In this document: in pieces, positions 13,547 to 26,350 of the stretch
Layout of the letters: the number at the start of each line of letters is the position of its first letter
Position numbering within the stretch: position 1 is the first letter of the stretch
Assembly (NCBI GenBank): GCA_000708835.1
Contig: DF236957.1
Location: forward strand, 248,001 to 312,000
DNA: 64,000 nucleotides
Direction of reading: 5' to 3'
Origin: Klebsormidium nitens
Lineage: Eukaryota; Plantae; Klebsormidiophyceae
Position numbers and translations under genes: made by a program
Notes under the pieces: model-generated
Databases searched by the model: none
Seen by the model: the letters and a program-made list of their open reading frames with translations, nothing else
Told to the model about the DNA's origin: nothing

Positions 13547-15042
13547 AAAGTGGCTGCGTGTCTTCTTCTGCGTGTCTTCTTCTTCTGGACTTCCAGGCTT
13601 TCCTGAGTTGCACCTTGCACAAGTTTTGCAAGTTATGTATGCAGGGGCCCTGCAGTAGTGTCAAATCGTAAGCTCGTTTTTTCTCAGCTTTTCTGTGACC
13701 TTTGCGAAGCAATCGAATACTGTTACCAAACAGAGAAGACTGGCCCAAGGTGATTGCGGCTTGCTTTACAGTGCGCAATAAATCACGATCTCACGGCTAG
13801 ACTTCGAACGGCCATCACTGATACCAGAACATAGGGCAGTGTTGTGCTCAACCGCATCTCAAGAAGGCTTCAAGATGCCGCAAATCCGAAGTGCCTTACG
13901 CACAGCTTCGTGAGATCGGTCGTTTGAATCGAAAATTGCGACTAGCTCTGAATACTCAGTCCTGTTTGCCTTTCCTCCTGCCCATTCCTCTCCTGCCCAT
14001 GTTGCCCCTTCTGCGCCTGTCTACTCTTGGTCGCTCTTACTCTTACTCCTCATTCACTTGATGTTAGGACGTCGGAACAGCATGTGGGCGATAAGTCGAA
14101 TGCAGATGAGCAAGGGTTCTCAAGCTGCAGAGCCCGCGCGGTAACTTCGTGGAAGCGCTGTACTGCATGCCATCCTGAACTTGCCAAGAAGGTGTGACCG
14201 ATGTGCTGCTCGTTTCCACTTGGTTCCCGCTTGGTCGGCATTCTCTCGACTCTCGTTGCTCGGTCCAACTTCAGCAAAACCTGTACGACGGAATATCTCT
14301 CTCAATTGCTTTGGCGACGGTGGGTTTCCAGCATATTGGGCCCTATCTGCCATCCCAGTACTGCCGCAGCTAGAAGCCCTCGGTGCCTATGTAAGGGAAG
14401 CATGCGAACTACTTTCGAGATCTAACTTGCATTCAATGATCTATTTTTTCACCAGTTGACGTCATCCAAGTTACCCTCCACGATAGTGAGCCTGCCTCTG
14501 CCAAATCCACGTCGGTAGACCGGCATAAGTCACACAGCGAGCAGCCGTTCTTTGATAGTCTCGTTCCGCCTCAATCGCGTATAAGGACCACAGCGGCAGC
14601 CCCCTGTCGGCAAGCTGGTGGTTCCGCCGGTGCGGAGAAGGTAGCGGCCGTGACAAATTAAGCACGAGCATCATCTTCAAGCTCAAGCTCGAGGTTTTTG
14701 AAGCCGCTCACAAAGGAGTGGCAGACTTGAAGCTTCCCGGCCAGACGTCCACTTACGTTTTTCAAGCATCATCGCCCAAGTGTACAGATTAGCAGTTCAC
14801 GTCATAAACCGGGAAATGAGCAAAAGAACGAGTGAACGAGACGTGTGAAACCTTCTCAGAGTCGCACGCTCCTTCTGAGAGTACTGAAAGGGGTGCGTGC
14901 GGTTTGGCGGCAATGATGTGAGGATCGTTCAGCAGCAGTCTTGATGTCACCAGACAGAATCCCGTCGGCCACACGATCTAGAGCCGCTCGAGTGTGTGTG
15001 GATCACCATAGATTTATGCTTTGTTTCGCCCTATGTTCTCAG

Positions 15043-17442
15043 AGCTATTGCGAGCTTAAGCGAACTCGAAACTCACAACATGTCGCTCTCGAAAAGATCA
15101 ATTCTTGACGTCTACGTCCAAATTGAACTCATTGAGAGCGACAAGACAAAGTCGAGTGAGCGAAGCGAGCTATAAACCGCTTCTGAGAAGCGAAATGTTT
15201 CATTCCAAAGAAACAAGAACCAAAAGCGCCTTCCCTCCGCCAAAGAAGCCCTTCCAAATCAGCACGCTTTCAAACTCTTCACGCCTCTCGCGAGCTCCCT
15301 TCTCCCATCTTCCCCCCATCCTTCCAGCCAGGGCTCCGCCCTTCCACACCTTCCTCCTCCTCCTCCTATCTATCCTCCAAACACAATGCCAGTTGGGACC
15401 AGCCATACAGGGTGGCGACTCCGGCGAGGCTCATGGGAGAGCCTGATTTTCGCACGAAGCTGTTTGCTGGATTCCGGCTCTGGTGGAACTAGACTGGCCG
15501 GGTTCCGAGTCTAAGGGCAGAGGTCTCGAAGTAAAATCTGCAAGGCCAGAACCTTTGCTGAACGGTGATGTTTCTGGGGATGTGTTTCTGACAGCGTAGC
15601 ATGCTCTGTGTAACCATCTTGTTCTTCGCTCTTTCTCCGTGCTCCTAGACGTTACTACTTTGGATCTTGTCTTCTCCTTGTTTGCGTCAATCACAAGGAA
15701 CTTATGTGTCAAGACTGGACTCGCTGATCATTCGGAGTCAAAAGCCTGTTCAATAACTACATGAATTTACTCTAAAGACTTTGAAGCTCTAATAATCATC
15801 CGCCATACATGCGTGCATGGCTTCACCCCTGTAAGGGTCACATAAGTGACATAATATCCCATCCACCTTAACAGGACCTAGCGCGGCTTATTGACTCCTT
15901 TCCGGCTACTCTATAAAGCCTGTTCAAACACTTTGACCGTGCTGTGCTCTAGGACTCCGGGATTTGACAACCCGGACTATAATTGCAGTGAACGTTGTTC
16001 ATCTCTCTTCCCTCTTTTTCATGCACCTTTTCTTTCGTGACCAGTGCTCCAGGTCTTGAGCCGGTCAAAACAGGACGGGCAAGACCTGTACCTGTTGTCG
16101 GGCACCCGAGGAAGGGGCCTGCAAGAAATGGCGTTCAAGCCGCGCATCTGAGGACAAGAGACAATATGTAGTCATCCTTGACATATTTTCTTCCTGCTCA
16201 AGCTTGGCGCTCTAGATGTAATCCCACAGTTTGCTTGTTTGACGCCTGCGATGTTCGAGTTGACGGTTTGAGTGGAGCCTGTTTGGTTGTATCAGTTGGT
16301 TTCGGAGACACTTTGCACTCGAATTTGGTGGTCGACTGGTTCGTATCGCACGTCATATCGTGGGCTGTGGCCCGTCTTCAAGTTGCAGCAACGTGAGTGG
16401 GCTGGGGCCCGTAGGCTTGCAGAATGTTGTGTAGGCTGTGGCCTGTCTTGCAAAAGTCTGTGTAGTGTGTAGGCTGTGGCCCGTCTTGCAACGTGCAATC
16501 TTGTTGGGCTGTGGCCCGTCTTGCAACCAGTTGGAGTGGGTTGTGACCCGTCTTGCTGCCAGTAGGAGTGGGCTGTGGCCCGTCTTGCATCTGTTTAGTG
16601 AGTTGTAGCCCGTCGTGCACGAGTTTGAACGTGGAGATACGGTTACAGGCGAACTTTGACAACCGTTGTGAGTTAGTCGTGGCGCGTTTGAGAGACCGTT
16701 GTATTTTACAGGTTGTCGTGTTGTGACCACGTTTTGAGGCCGCTTATGAATAACTTTGTGTCCGGTTTGTTCTCGTTTCAGCATTGACATCAGATTATCT
16801 CTAGATGCATCAAATCTAGGTTCCTGTTCTCGATGCTTTATTGATGAACGATTTTAGAATTTCTGTCGAAGTTGAGCTGCTAATTGATCGTTTGATGATT
16901 TGCCCGACGAAATGGAGGTTTTTTTGAGTGTTGGGTGAAGCTGCTTGCGACGATATGTTATGAGCAATGAATTAGTCGAAGATATGAGAAATGAAGATGT
17001 TGTGATTTCGTCGAAGAGCTGCACCCAACACCCAAACTTCTCCATTTCTTAAACATTTCGTTGAAATAGTAAAGCTATTGCGAGCTTAAGCGAACTCGAA
17101 ACTCACAACATGTCGCTCTCGAAAAGATCAATTCTTGACGTCTACGTCCAAATTGAACTCATTGAGAGCGACAAGACAAAGTCGAGTGAGCGAAGCGAGC
17201 TATAAAACGCTTCTGAGAAGCGAAATGTTTCATTCCAAAGAAACAAGGACCAAAAGCGCCTTCCCTCCGCCAAACAAGCCCTTCAAAATCAGTACGTTTT
17301 CAAACTCGCCCTCCCCCCCCGCCCTCAGTATGCTAGCTCGATTCGCCTAACTCAAACATGAGCAATCCAGATGTTGTGATTCTGTCGAAGAGCTGCACCC
17401 AACACCCAAACTTCTCCATTTCGTTGAAATAGTAAAGCTATT
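15043..17442. mobile_element. Non-autonomous element with split direct repeats (A1-internal-B1-A2-B2), PAT/Ngaro/TOC1-like tyrosine-recombinase retrotransposon architecture
   Basis: A1 15043-15277 and A2 17073-17307 are both 235 bp with about 6 mismatches. B1 16995-17079 and B2 17369-17442 match, with B2 lacking 11 bp. AGCTATT occurs at the left end, the B1/A2 junction and the right end. No intact RT/RNaseH/YR ORF recognised. Confidence 0.75.
16362..16619. repeat. Eight copies of a 20-bp motif GGGCTGTGGCCCGTCTTGCA with short variable linkers, inside the split-repeat element
   Basis: Copies start at 16362, 16399, 16433, 16471, 16506, 16538, 16570 and 16600 (period 30-38 bp). Confidence 0.9.
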
Positions 17443-20400
17443 CCGTTCGATGATCTCGGCTATGTCACATGACGATGTCGATTTGCACAATCTTAATACT
17501 AGGCTCGTGCATTTTTGGTAGATAAGTGGACTCAGCCAGAGTGCCTGCACAATTCTTCATTGACCGCTGCAAATTGAGGGACCAGGGCCTTGTGGGCACT
17601 GCTCAACTATATCTATGGAACATCCACCAGTCCCTAAATGTCGTGAGTGTTTTGTTAGCTTGAGTGCGGTGCAAGTCGGTACCTGGGGCGTACAAAAGCT
17701 CTCCTTTTCTCCCGTTCGAGACATTCATCGTTTTTCCGAGACAGTACAGGGACGGCGCGTTCTTGAAAGGGCTGTGATGTGCGAGAATTTGAGCAACACC
17801 TTGCTCAGCGTTCTTATTTCGGGTACCTTCTGAATGCCAACATAACAACAACCTAATGATCCGTTCAGAAGGGATTTGAAGTGCGTAAAACGGTCACTAG
17901 CTACCCTCATCGAGTCGATCGAGGCCGGCAACATTGCTGCAAAAAGTTCGAGCAACCCATTCCAATGGTTAAAAAATCGTCGAAAGTAGAGTCGAGCATG
18001 TATCTTCGATCTTCCTGGTGTGTGCTATTCTTGGTAACAACTGTCTTCTGCCATTTGTGTGCTTATCTTAAGATTACTCGTATTCTGGCCTTTGCGTGCT
18101 GATCTTTAGACCATGGATCTGTCTCCTGCCCTTTGCGTGCTTATCTTGCATGGTACCTGGCGTCGTACTGGTCCTTGGGGCCTGCGCCGGCTCACGAGTG
18201 TCTACTTATTGCGCGGCCATGATGAATTCCGTGTCCGGGCACGTTGCTCAGTTATGTGCAGAATTTCGCAAGCGGAGGCCGGTGTTGGATATCTTTCTAC
18301 GCCATGAAAATACAATGATTGAACGTCGGCAGATGCATTTCAAACAGTTGTGCTTGCGTCGATACCGCAGATTGACTTCGCGCACCGATCTGTACGAGCT
18401 TTCGGCGGCCACGATACAAGAGCCTGTATGAGCCTTTATTTTCCCATTTTGGTGCAACGAATCTGATGTCATATCCTGACTTGGTCCTTGGGTTCATGAG
18501 CCTTGGAGAGAAGGGCGAGAGATGCCGCTTTCTTTCCGGATCCTATGACATAGCCTCCGTGTTTCCTCGGTGGAGGAAGTAAGCGCCTCAATCATGCCGG
18601 TCAGTCTTTGCCTGGCTTTCTTCCTGGCTCGATCATGCGAAAAGCTTTACCGAATATTGATTGGTCGTGTCCACCTTATCAAAGAGGCCCGGATGAGATT
18701 AGTGATTCCACCGGGGACTGGGTCGTGTCCACGTGATACTCGGAATAGATCAAGAGTGTCCATGTTTAGAAGTAAGCTCGTGTTAAAATCCTTGGGCAGC
18801 TGACTCAGTTGTTGATTAATCCGTTGTAACGTCGGAACCAATTGCAGCGCCGCAATACCCATCTGCTATAGTCGAATTTAGCAATATCAGCACATCATTC
18901 GCGTAAAAAGTCTCATCTCAACTCCTGCTCACTGGAACTTTCGAATAACGTTGCTTGTCTACAAGGCCTACAAATCGGGACGACAAGCTAGCGGCAAGGA
19001 TGCAGAAGTTCGTTGGCATGAGCGAACCTGGAAACGCTCAGATACCATCATAGCGCGTTGCGCACTCATGCAGATGAGCCGCTTACAATCTATGAGCAGA
19101 GGGTGCCAATAGACCTCTACTTCCAAAAAATCAAGCTTAGCAACAAGCTTAGCAACTTGTCAAAGTGAGACTCGTTTGTCTGAGCTTCCTGGAAGGTTGA
19201 ATCTGGTCATGTTGTTGCCGAAAGATCCTTTTCGAGCTTGCGTGGCACTTGTGGAACGGACTTCGCGCTAGCTGTGGCATCGCTGGCCCTGATCACCGCC
19301 GCTTGGTACAGTGCGGACGTGATTCCAGTCTCTAGAAACCCTGTCGAGCCCATGCCAACCTGACGGTGCCTTTCACTTGCCTTGTGTTTTTGCGATGCTC
19401 TCACATATGCCCGCTCTCGAAGTTGGATTTGCGGTCAGTATAGAACCGTCATCTGGGCACGTCGCTTAGAACCAGCCCAATGGTCACTTGTTTCAGACGC
19501 CGCTGTTCGAAAATCATTGAACCACAGAAGCCGCCAGTGTGCAAACAAGAGCGCTATAACTTACGCCTGAAGCGATGTACTGTTATTAAATTGAGTTCCC
19601 GCACTGATGAAAAAGAGCACCAGATTTATAGCATTGGGGCTCAAAGAGATTCCAAAAACGGCTGGTTTGTTTTGATACGATAAGAGGTTGGCTCTTCAAA
19701 GGAGCACCACAGTAATTTCAGACGGCCAAGTGACTTCGGTTAATTTCATCTGTTTCGTGTACTGGTTTACGCCACATGTTGAGCGGTCAGCCGTGAATGT
19801 TCCTCAAGTCATCAATTATATTTCCTGGGTTTGCGCAAGTTCGTTTTTCTGGCAGTACTGCTTCCCGTAGTGGGCTCGTGCTGGAAGGCAACAGACGTGC
19901 ATGCAAACCTAGGCAAGATGATAGAAGCTGACGTATTTGTGGAAATGCTCCTTAGGCTTCCCAGTCAAAGTCCCTCTTCCTTATTCGAACTTGTGTTACT
20001 TTTCTTGGCCCGCTTCAAGGGCCTCCACAGTAAACCCAAACCTTTAGCGCTCTTTCTCTGAGTCGGATTAGGCCGGGGCCGGACTAAGCGCGTCGTTGCA
20101 TTATTTTGACTTCCTAGATAATCGCCGCCGGGTTAGGATGCAATTACAGTCCTGAACGCAATTCTCACGGAGTTGGGTGATCTGGAAACGCCATCAGAAG
20201 CCCCTCGGTGTGCGATTTGGACAGCCGGGCAGCCCCCACTTAGTACTCATACACGTCAGAATGGGCGCACAAGTTATAGTACGGTACCTGAGCGCTCTCT
20301 TATGCTGTCAAATGGAAGGCCGCTTGTGTTTTTGCTGTCGCGACTCGCTGGGCTGCAATCTCGCCGATGGCAGCTATGATGATCTTTCATGATACTAGTA

Positions 20401-20528
20401 CTTGAGATTTGCTCAGTGTGAGGGCCTCGGTCCTTTGAAGCTGCACATGGTGTGGCCCTCGTCGCGCAAACGGTACTCTGATGGCACTTCGCACGTCGCG
20501 GACTATCACATGGACCTTCTCTGCGAAG

Positions 20529-20555
20529 AATAATAATAATAATAATAATAATAAT
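20529..20555. repeat. (AAT)9 microsatellite
   Basis: Direct reading. Confidence 0.95.
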
Positions 20556-21600
20556 AGCGGAGCCGTTCTGCAATTCGTGTAGCTTCAGGCCACCACAGTG
20601 CGTACGATGTTACAACATGATGCTCGAGCCAGCTGACCCTGCAAGTTCCTACCTCTTGAGGAGATGCGTTTCGCGGGAGCTTCTACGATCAAGCACTAGT
20701 GACCGCTCCCAACTTCCGCAACAGCCATATAAATATAAGACCAGATGTGATCCCCACGTGCTCTGGACGTTGAGCAGGGCATCCGCCCGAAGCGTGGGGC
20801 GAGGCTAACAAATGGGACGACCACTGTCTATGCCAATGGTGGTTCGTAACGGAGCGCTTCAGACCCAACAATCTGTTTGCCCGTCCAGAATCCACCCTGC
20901 CACCCTGCCACCCTGCCACTGCATCTTGCTTGCATCAGTTTTCTATCATCGTTCTGATTTGCAAAATTGTATCTTCAACGCAGCTCCTTTTGCATCGTTG
21001 CTTACGAGTGCGCCTCAATGCACCTCGCTGCCAGCTAACTTATTCAGAAGTGACCGTGAGGAAAGGAGGAAGGAGGGAAGCTCAACTCAGCTGGTTTCCT
21101 GGGGAAGGCTTGATATATTGTTGTATAAGTCGGTAGGCTAGTGATAGCTGCTGATCGATAATTTGCTTGGTGTTAGTAGCAAAATGGGTAATGATAGCCT
21201 GCCAAATTCGACACAGCAAGGGTGTTCCACGGCCTTATGCTTCAAAAGAAAGAACAGTTGCGCATCCAAGCAACTTTTCAATGAGTTCAGGGTGAGTGCC
21301 GAAACAGCATGAGCTCAGATCTATGGTGGTGCTGAGGCTGCTCATGGTAAGAAGGCCGCTCTGAGGTCAAGCGTTGTCGAAAGCGCCCTTCTCGCTTTCT
21401 CGCTTTTAGGCACCATGAGTTGGAGTCAGTTGATGGATTGACAGATTACGCATAACTTCACAAGAAAAGCAATCAAATTCGCGTGCTGGGGGCCGCAGGT
21501 TTGCGGCAATGACGCGGAAGCCTGTCGAGGTCTTTGGCATGAGCGAACCCGTGCAGGAAAGCTCTATCGACAAGGAGCCGATGACTCGACTGAAAGACGA

Positions 21601-21750
21601 GAGGGCCGCGTTGAGCGCAGCTGGCGGCCGCGGACGCCAGTAGTACTCGCGGACCGCGCGCGCTGCCGCTGACCTTGCAGTAAACGTCCCGGCCCCGCGG
21701 GCCGCGCGCGCTGCAACGAGTTAAGGCGGCCGCCAGACAACGGCGGCTTG
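21601..21750. repeat. GC-rich multi-hairpin block (copy 2)
   Basis: Follows E element 21502-21581 and aligns at its start with the 11941 block. Confidence 0.55.
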
Positions 21751-24081
21751 CCGGAAATTGCTGCAAACACTTTTTAGGCCTTTGCGTTTTTTAGTCCCCT
21801 GTTGTCCGTTCGTTGGCCTGAAAAATGGAATCGGCCGCAGGCTGAGTGCGGCCCCGCCAGTGCAAGCCGCCTCGTGCCAAACAGTGGTTTCGAGTTAGTT
21901 CACAAAGGACTTTGCATTGGCCTCAATATACTGGGACAAGCTGGGAGACGCTTCCGGAAAAAGCCCTTATCTACGTGCTTTTCGTTAGCTCGGCTGATGT
22001 CATGGCCTTTATGCTTAATATTCATGCCGGTCAGATATTGCAGGCATTGTCAAACAAGTTCTGCTCTCAACTGGTGATGACGAAAGAGTCCTTGGGCGAG
22101 TAGCTCAAGATTCGTCCACTACGTGCCACGGAACCGACGATACGAGACCCGATGTCTAATCGATTCAGCATACTTAGACATGGTTTCGATCAGTCAAAGC
22201 TGGCCCCTCTTCTGTTTCTTTACCGCCTTCTGCTATGTGGCGGCTTTAAAATGTCGCTTCTGGGCACCGTAACGACTATCACAAATTGCTGCCCAGAGAC
22301 GTCTTCGTGGAGCCTGATGCTGCTGATGACTTGGTCGATTGAAGTAAGGCACGAGTTGCCAGATCCTGGTGGAGTTTTGTGTTTCAAAAACTGCTCATTT
22401 GAAGGATGAGGAGTGAAGTCCGCTGATTTCTTGATATGTACAGAGCTTTCTATGGTGCCCATCCGGTGAACGGAGCGGTCAGCAACGCAATCCGGCGTCC
22501 AGACCGCACTTCAAGCTTCCATTGAAAGGGCGCCGTTTCGCCTGAGTGGACCTGCATTTGTCCCCGGGCAAAGGTAGCAGCTCCGCTCCGAACTTGAAAT
22601 CTGTATGTCAAAATGGACTAATCGGCTGCTTCAAGCCGCTGAGTGGAGTAGCTTGCTGTGTTTGCATCCGAATTTCATTTGAACCATATCACAAGTTTAT
22701 AAATAAGCTCCCTCGGTTACGTGTACTCTAAAGCACAATATATTTTTTGCAAGCCCCGACTACCGTTTGTCTCCTGGCAATGATTGATAGGACGTTGTAC
22801 CCTTTCTGAGCGCCAATGGATCGCTCAATGGAAGTCATACTCCAAATCGGAGCCGTTCCCTGCTTTCTCTTATGACCGTTTCTCCGCAAGCCCACCCTAA
22901 AGTCTCAAGCCGCCCTTACGTTTCTCTTCTAGTTTGGTTCAATGTTATTTACAAAGTAAGATTGGCTATTCTAGATCTGTAAAGCATCATCCGTCAATCA
23001 CGCTCTTTTTTGATTCCTTGCCTTTTCGGTTGGATTGTGCTCGTACCAGCTTCTCGAGAGTCCTGTCACGAGTGGAAGGTCGCTAAAACTCTGATTGAGA
23101 AAGAAGCGCCCCGGCTGAAACTTCACAGACGTAACTTATCCAAACGCGCGCGCCGGTGCGCGCCGGTCTCCATGGCGTACGAGCAACGCCTCTTGATTAT
23201 CCGTTCTGCTTTCAGAATTGATGGGGCAACCCCAGGGCTTGCTCATATTTGGGAAAGGCTGTGATGCCGCGTTACTTGAGCGCCACCCTGCTCACCAGGA
23301 TGTAGACCTCATTTCTGAACGCCGATCTTACAACCTTCCAACAACTCGGTTTGACAGTGCTTGGCGGCATCCTCCGTCACATTTTGCCCGATCCAAATCC
23401 GAGTCTAGGGCACCACAACAATTCCCAGTAATTAAAAAAATCCACCCCGATAACAGAGGCGCTCACGAGAAAGGAGTCGCGCATCTGACAACTGCCTAGG
23501 GTGGTCGTTAGTCAACACCTTGAACACGATGCTCCGAGCTAAGCCGACTCATGTGTACATACTTACGCGGCCAGGATCATGATCCTTGTCTGCTTGGGTA
23601 AGTCGCTTAAAGACGTTACAGACCAAGGGAAGCTGACGCCATTTTTATCGAGAACTCTTGACGCTATCACAAAGAAGCAGTGACTGAACGTGGGCAAACT
23701 TGTGCATGTCTTCATTTTATCGTTAATTTGCCCAGTGATTTGTTCGCACGTTGATTTGCATGAGCGTCCAACGTTAGGATCAGAGATCTTCTGATAGCGA
23801 CTTTCTCATGTAGTGCAAGCTGGGCCGGCTCACCATTTTTTCCTTGCGCGGCCAGGATGAGATCCGATCGTGGGCATGTTGCTCATAAGCTGTCTTGTAT
23901 TCTCCAGGTAACGCCGCTGTTCCATGATGTTGATCAAGTAGAAAGAAACAGTGACTAAACGTGGATGTCAAATAATCTGTCTTAAGTCAATCATCGCGGG
24001 TCTTGCGCGCGGCTCTGTATGAGCTTGTAGCAGCTAGAATAGATGACGTTTTTTCCCTTTTCAGTACTATATCATTTATCC

Positions 24082-24109
24082 AGGTCGCATTAGGTCGCAT
24101 TAGGTCGCA
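24082..24109. repeat. 10-bp tandem repeat AGGTCGCATT x~3
   Basis: Direct reading. Confidence 0.85.
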
Positions 24110-26179
24110 AATCTTCTTACGCGCTGATCCGTGGCATTTTGCCCTTTGAATCATGAGGGTGAACAATTATGCGGCGTTTTCTTTTTGCTCCTCTTCTGAA
24201 TGTCGCTCTCATCAGTGGACGCACAAGTCTCATTCCATGGCCTTCTTCTGACTTCATCCTGGATGATGATGCCCCTGCAAAAAATTCCTCTGTTAGATTT
24301 TCTCAAGAGTTTAGACGGTCGCAATAGTTAACGAGGCTCGGGCAATTGATTCACAAAACTAGGAAGCGAATCTGTAGAGCTGGCTTTGTGCGCTTCTTCC
24401 AACTTAACTTTCTTCCGTGACGGTCCGAACGGCTGAGCTGGATGCTTGCCGTAAGCACAGGTGTCGCATCACTATCTGCTATTGGCAATGATCGAACAAT
24501 CTCTTAGGCCACTACTAGTGCCTCAGCTTTCCGCCAGTAGGTCGTCACGGAACCAAAGCAGGGAGACTCCTCTAAATGTTTGATGTGAGCAAGATCCACA
24601 CTGGATCACGGAGAAGCCCTTGTCTTGTTCCTCGTCTCTTGCTCAGTGACGGCTTTGATCAGAAACTGCTTCTGGGCACTCTTTCGTACCTTGCTGGTCA
24701 GATATGTCTCCATATCTGGAGCCAGACGCCGCTTTTTGGTCGATGGGGGTGACAATTTGTTCACATCCTGGTTGAACAATATGAAGTTCCATATTCGAAA
24801 TCCTACGTGTTTCAATGCCGGAGGGGGGAGTGCTACTCTCTTGTCTTGGGCAAAAGGCTTTCTATGGCCCCTTTCCGGATGAACGGAGTGCAGTGATGCA
24901 GCGCTTTCCGTTGCGCATCACGCTTTGTTGCCTTACCCTGGTTTGAGCCCCAGAGAGTCGAACTTGGACGACCCAAATTGTTATCAGGTAATTTCGCAGT
25001 CAGGATTGGACTTGGGCGGTTGAGAACAGGCACTCGAGCCAGACAGTCTGAACAGTCCGCTGAATGTCTTCAGTGACTGACGGTCTACTTGATCGGGCCG
25101 CATCATGAGCAAACCACCGTGGATGATATCTCGAGCGCATTAGCCACCCTTTCAAGCTTGTTCGATTAAGTCTTCTTTCTGGCAGAGCTTCGGGCCAAAA
25201 TACATGCCGAACAGCGAAACAAACGGCATGCGCGCCCTGAAGTCGTACGCTGAAGACGCATCTTCTTAATGATGCGACCTTGGACTGTTATTCCGTCTTC
25301 TCCGACCAGTGCTGCTCTTTTGGCTTCTTCGAGCTAGAGCCTAGTGCACGTTCAACCGTGAAATTCGGTGCTACCTCATCAATGTTTATCAGGCGGCCAG
25401 TTAAGGCCCAGTATCTAACTTGATCTCCAGATAGTGGCCGCCGGGCTAGGATGCAGTTCGGTCCGGGCGCGAGGCTCCGGGTTGACGAAGAAAAGAACGT
25501 CACCAGAAGCCCCTCCTACACTGTTTGTCTGCCGTCCTATTCCGAGCTCTCGAACTGGTCGTTGGTGCGAACGCCAAGAAGTTTGGAGCGCATCTAAACA
25601 CTGACACGGTGCGGCCAAACATGCCGGCGCATGAGTACATATGCGGTCGCTCTGCGGAGATGGCGCTTGCTAGCGGAAGTAAAACCAATCAGAAGATGGG
25701 CAAGCTTTTGCTCAAGGGGGTTCGTGCTTTAGGAGCTGCTCATCATTGTGTGATCCTCGTCGAACGAACCCAACTCCGCGTTTCGTACTCATGATTGTGG
25801 ATATTCTCGCGATATTCCAAAAGAAGCCCGTTTGCAACTAACCGTTCAGGCCGCCAAACTAGTTCTCACGGCGACACTTGATTTCGCGCTCAAAGGAACT
25901 CGAAACCTGCTCTGTATGATTGATATACCCTTACAACCGGAGACCGCGTATGTGACAAAGCATAGCGTGACAAGCAACGCTCTCCGGTAAGCGGTAGCTG
26001 GGGGCCAGCAGGGTAGCGGCAATGACGCGGAAGGTCGTTGACATGAGCGAACTCGTGAACGGCTCATGCCGCTTCTGACAGAAACACGTCGTGACGATAT
26101 GGAGCCGCTTACCCGCCTACGAATCATGCACAGAGGGTCTCAGTTGAGCAGTGAGGCATTGAGGCTTTGAGCATTGAGG

Positions 26180-26350
26180 CGGGTAGCCGCGGTTAGCGCC
26201 CGCGCGCGCAGCGCGCGCTGGCTAAGTGTCACGCATTGCATGACGGCAGGTTACGGCCGACTAGAGTCTGCGTCGGGCCACCATAGGTTTGGCGCGGCCG
26301 CGCGGCTGGCGGCGGCATGAGACGCGGCCGCTTGGGGCGCGCCCGCGCAG
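26180..26350. repeat. GC-rich multi-hairpin block (copy 3)
   Basis: Follows E element 26015-26109 and is rich in CGCG/GGCC. Confidence 0.5.

Noticed and set aside
16086-16151. LLSGTRGRGLQEM as a tyrosine-recombinase box I remnant
   Set aside because: Too short and weak a match, followed by a stop, with no other YR catalytic motifs.
16362-16619. CRISPR array
   Set aside because: Eukaryotic context, no cas genes, linkers only 10-18 nt and partly related to each other, and the array is embedded in a transposon-like element.
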